Source of the DNA: Alphaproteobacteria bacterium
GTDB taxonomy: Bacteria; Pseudomonadota; Alphaproteobacteria; CALKHQ01
Assembly: GCA_965227515.1 (NCBI GenBank)
Contig: CBDDFZ010000001.1
Location: 1,216,001-1,280,000 of the forward strand
Direction: 5' to 3'
Length of the DNA: 64,000 nucleotides
Position numbers and translations under genes: made by a program. Positions 60,380 to 64,000 of the stretch are shown here, piece by piece. Within the stretch, counting starts at the first letter, position 1. Each line of letters begins with the position of its first letter. The notes beneath the pieces were generated by a model. That model ran no database searches and was not told where the DNA came from. It saw nothing but the letters and a program-made list of their open reading frames with translations.

Positions 60380-62699
60380 CTTCCTCCATCCCCTGCTGTT
60401 GCTTGGACTGCTGGCGGCGGTGTTCGCCAGCCCGATGGCCCATGCGCAAATGCCGCCGGTCGAGACCGAGCCGGGCGACCCGAATTCCATCGAGATCCAG
60501 GCTGAGCGGTTGGAGGAACTGATCGCAACCCTGGAGGACGAGACCGCGCGCAACCACCTGATCTCACAGCTCAGGCTGTTGCTGCAGGCGCAGACCGAGG
60601 TGGCGCAGGAGACCGAGCCGCGCACATTCGTCGGCCAGATCCTGGACGGCGTGGCCGAGCAGGTCGTCGCGGTGGGAGACTTCGTCGACATCCTGGTCGA
60701 ATCGTCCGACGAGATGCTCAACATCGGCACCTGGCTGTTCGAGGAAGTCGACAGCGAGGCCGGCCGGGAGCGCTGGGCCGACATGCTGCGCACGCTCGGC
60801 ATCGCCCTGGGCGCCGCTCTACTGGTGCGCTGGCTGGCGCGCACGGTTCTGGGGGGCATGCGGCGCCGGCTCGCCAACCAGCATCTGACCGGCATCTGGC
60901 ACCGTGTCCGCCGCTACCTGGTGGTGGTGGTGATCGACATCATCCCCATCGTATTGCTGACCCTGGCCGGCTATCTCGCGCTCGGCGTCCTCGAACCCTC
61001 GTTCGTCGCGCGGCAGATCACGCTGTCGGTTCTGGAAATTCTGATCGTCTATTGCGCGACCACGGCGGTGCTGCGCCTGATCCTGAGCCCCGATTCCCGG
61101 CCGATCAGATTGGCGCGGATGACCGATGCCGGCGCGCGCGACGTGTGGCGGCGGCTGCGCGCCATCGTGTTCGTGATGGCGGTGGCGGCGGGCCTGGCCA
61201 ATGCCGGCCTCGCCATGGGCCTGCCGTGGGGCGCGCGCACGGCGTTCCTGATCCTGGTCGGCCTGGCCATCGTGGTGATGGCGATCCGCCTGATCGTGAA
61301 GCATCGCCGCACGTTCGCCCGGCTTATTCGGCGCGCCGGCCCGGTCAGGGGCGCCGGCGCGCGGGTGACCAAGGCGATCGCGCGCAACTGGCACGTGGTC
61401 GCCATCGGCTTCGTCATCGTCGCCTATTTCGTCTATCTGGCCGCCGGCGATACCGGCGTGTTCGACCTGTTGATGACGGCGGCGCTGACCATCGTGGTGC
61501 TGGCCGTGGCGCGGGTGGCTTGGGCGGTGTCGCGCGCGCTGTTGCCGCGGCAGATCGAGTCCGAGGCCGCGCCGGCCGGCGGTGCCGACCTGCCGGCCGA
61601 GATGGCCGACGGGGCGGACAGCGAGCCGGAGGATGACGCCAAGGCCGCGCAACGCACTGCCGTGCAGGCGCTGGTTGATGCGCTGCTGAAGGGTTCGATC
61701 TTCGTCCTGGCGGCGGCGGTGCTGATCGATCTGTGGTTGTTCGACCTGTTCGACTGGTTGGGCAGCGACAGCGGCCAGGACGCGCTGTCGGGCATCATCT
61801 CGGTGGTTGTCGTGCTCGCCATCGCCTATGCCGTCTATCGCGTGGTCATCATGCTGATCGCGCGGGCGCAGCGGGCGGCGGACACGGCGCAGACCAACCG
61901 TGCGCGACGGCTGAAGACGCTGATGCCGCTGTTGCGCAGTGCCGCCATCGTCGTTCTGGGCGCGATTGCGCTGTTGATCGTGCTGGCCGAGGTCGGCATC
62001 GACATCACGCCGCTGCTGGCCAGCGCCGGCATCATCGGCATCGCCATCGGCTTCGGCGCGCAGAGCCTGGTGAAGGACGTGATCACCGGCGGCTTCATCC
62101 TGATCGAGGACTCGATCGCCGTCGGCGACGTGGTCAATGTCGGCGGGTTCGCCGGCGTGGTGGAGGCGCTGTCGATCCGCTCGATCCGGCTGCGCGACGT
62201 GCACGGCACGGTCCACACGATCCCGTTCGGCGAGGTGGCCACAACGTCGAACCTGACCCGCGACTTCTCGTTCTACGTCATCGACATGGGCATCTCGTAC
62301 AACGAGGACACCGACCGGGTGGTCGCGGCGATGACCGAGGTGCTGGACGAGATGCGCCGCGAGCCGGACTACCGCCGCGAGATCATGGAGCCGCTGCAGG
62401 TGCTGGGTGTCGACGCGTTCGGCGACAGCGCGGTCGTCATCAAGGTGCGCATCAAGACCAAGCCGATGTCGCAATGGACTGTCGGCCGCGAGTACAATCG
62501 CCGGGTGAAGAAGAAGTTCGACGCGCTGGGCATCGAGATTCCGTTCCCGCAGGTCACTATCAATCGCCCGGCCGTGCCAGGCCATGCGCCGGATGCCACC
62601 AACCTGCCGTCGTCTGATGTGTCCGGTCCCGTCCAGCCCGGTCCCGCCCTGCCCAGCGACGGCGACATGCAGTCGGCCGACGGCGAAGGGCCGCGTTAG
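60369..62699 (+). CDS. Mechanosensitive ion channel, MscS family (YbiO-like)
   Basis: Signal peptide and multiple TM helices, then AIGFGAQSLVKD, VGDVV and GIEIPFP. Confidence 0.9.
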   Translation: MLRSFLHPLLLLGLLAAVFASPMAHAQMPPVETEPGDPNSIEIQAERLEELIATLEDETARNHLISQLRLLLQAQTEVAQETEPRTFVGQILDGVAEQVVAVGDFVDILVESSDEMLNIGTWLFEEVDSEAGRERWADMLRTLGIALGAALLVRWLARTVLGGMRRRLANQHLTGIWHRVRRYLVVVVIDIIPIVLLTLAGYLALGVLEPSFVARQITLSVLEILIVYCATTAVLRLILSPDSRPIRLARMTDAGARDVWRRLRAIVFVMAVAAGLANAGLAMGLPWGARTAFLILVGLAIVVMAIRLIVKHRRTFARLIRRAGPVRGAGARVTKAIARNWHVVAIGFVIVAYFVYLAAGDTGVFDLLMTAALTIVVLAVARVAWAVSRALLPRQIESEAAPAGGADLPAEMADGADSEPEDDAKAAQRTAVQALVDALLKGSIFVLAAAVLIDLWLFDLFDWLGSDSGQDALSGIISVVVVLAIAYAVYRVVIMLIARAQRAADTAQTNRARRLKTLMPLLRSAAIVVLGAIALLIVLAEVGIDITPLLASAGIIGIAIGFGAQSLVKDVITGGFILIEDSIAVGDVVNVGGFAGVVEALSIRSIRLRDVHGTVHTIPFGEVATTSNLTRDFSFYVIDMGISYNEDTDRVVAAMTEVLDEMRREPDYRREIMEPLQVLGVDAFGDSAVVIKVRIKTKPMSQWTVGREYNRRVKKKFDALGIEIPFPQVTINRPAVPGHAPDATNLPSSDVSGPVQPGPALPSDGDMQSADGEGPR

Positions 62700-62831
62700 G
62701 GGTTGATCGTTCAAGTCGGCACGGCCGCAGGTTTTTGCGGCGCCCTTTGATTGCCATTATGCTATGGGAAGCTGATTGAACGCTGGCGCTCTCGGGCGCT
62801 GGGTGGCGCGGACGAGCGGATAGAGGGCACC

Positions 62832-63962
62832 ATGGGTCTTTGGGACAAGATCACCGGCGAATTCATCGATATCATCGAGTGGTTGGATAATTCCAACGAC
62901 ACGATGGTCTATCGGTTCGAGCGCTATGGCAACGAGATCAAGTACGGCGCGAAACTGACGGTCCGTCAGGCCCAGGAGGCGGTGTTCGTCAACGAGGGCC
63001 AGTGCGCGGACATCTTCGGCCCCGGCATGTACACGCTGGAAACCCAGAACATGCCGGTCATGTCCACCCTGCAGGGGTGGAAATACGGCTTCTCCAGCCC
63101 GTTCAAGGCCGAGGTCTATTTCATCTCCACCCGCCGCTTCACCGACCTGAAGTGGGGGACCAAGAACCCGATCATGCTGCGCGACCCCGAGTTCGGGCCG
63201 ATCCGGCTGCGCGCCTTCGGCACCTACGCGATGCGGGTCTCCAAGTCCGATGTGTTCATGCGTGAGATCGTGGGCACCGACGGCCACTTCACCACCGCCG
63301 AAATCACCAACCAGTTGCGCAACCTGATCGTGTCGCGGTTCGCCAACATCATCGGCCAATCGAAGATTCCGGCGCTGGACCTGGCCGGCAACTACGACCA
63401 GCTCGGCGAGTTCCTGACCGAGCGGCTGGCGCCCGAGTTCGACGCCTATGGCATCGAGCTGACAAAGTTCCTGGTCGAGAACATCTCGCTGCCGTCGAAG
63501 GTGGAAGAGGCGCTGGACAAGCGCACCAGCATGGGCGTGGTCGGCGACCTGTCCAAGTACACCCAGTTCCAGACCGCCGAGGCGATCGGCGATGCCGCCG
63601 ACGCACCGGGCGGGGCCGCGGCCAGCGGCATGGGCATGGGCATGGGCTTCGCGATGGCCAACCAGATGGCGCAGAACTTCGGCCAGCCCGGCGGGAATCA
63701 GGGCGGGAATCAGGGCGCGGCACAGCCCGCCGCCGCCGCACCGCCGCCGCTGCCGCAGCAGACCCAGTATTTCGCCGCGCTGAACGGCCAGCAGGCCGGC
63801 CCGTTCGACATGGCCGCACTGCAGGGCCAGGTATCCTCCGGCCAGGTGACCCGCGACACCCTGGTCTGGTGCGCCGGCATGGCCAACTGGACCAAGGCCG
63901 GCGAGGTCGCCGAACTTTCCAACCTGTTCGCCGCAGCGCCGCCACCCTTGCCGCCGGCATGA
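62832..63962 (+). CDS. SPFH-domain (YdjI/virion core-like) membrane scaffold protein with a C-terminal GYF_2/DUF4339 domain
   Basis: EFIDIIEW, SPFKAEVYF and KWGTKNP, with C-terminal GQQAGPF...TLVWCAGMANW. Confidence 0.85.
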   Translation: MGLWDKITGEFIDIIEWLDNSNDTMVYRFERYGNEIKYGAKLTVRQAQEAVFVNEGQCADIFGPGMYTLETQNMPVMSTLQGWKYGFSSPFKAEVYFISTRRFTDLKWGTKNPIMLRDPEFGPIRLRAFGTYAMRVSKSDVFMREIVGTDGHFTTAEITNQLRNLIVSRFANIIGQSKIPALDLAGNYDQLGEFLTERLAPEFDAYGIELTKFLVENISLPSKVEEALDKRTSMGVVGDLSKYTQFQTAEAIGDAADAPGGAAASGMGMGMGFAMANQMAQNFGQPGGNQGGNQGAAQPAAAAPPPLPQQTQYFAALNGQQAGPFDMAALQGQVSSGQVTRDTLVWCAGMANWTKAGEVAELSNLFAAAPPPLPPA

Positions 63963-64000
63963 GGTTTCGGCCGCCTGGCCGCTGACAACCGATTATCCGC

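Overview
High-GC alphaproteobacterial chromosome segment (Rhodospirillales-like, judged from the cheAY-cheW-cheY-cheB-cheR operon, gapR and the tyrS-anmK-hydrolase-cysE-desulfurase order). It holds about 58 CDS, mostly housekeeping or envelope genes (fadL, ettA, mlaA/mlaC, tyrS, anmK, cysE, ferredoxin, tenA, ffs-dnaX-ybaB-recR), plus acdS, a GGDEF cyclase, a BLUF protein next to an adenylate cyclase, and three tandem TPR-glycosyltransferase-like genes. There are two insertion sequences and at least four families of palindromic intergenic repeats. The strongest finding is an IS110-family (IS1111-type) element at 3073-4492 inserted at the AG of a GTAG-type REP. Its 3' non-coding end contains four short segments matching the two target flanks and the two donor-junction flanks, which reads as a bridge/seek RNA programmed for the host REP. 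Product calls come from my recognition of protein motifs, not from database searches. Several start codons were moved from the ORF track to more plausible internal starts.
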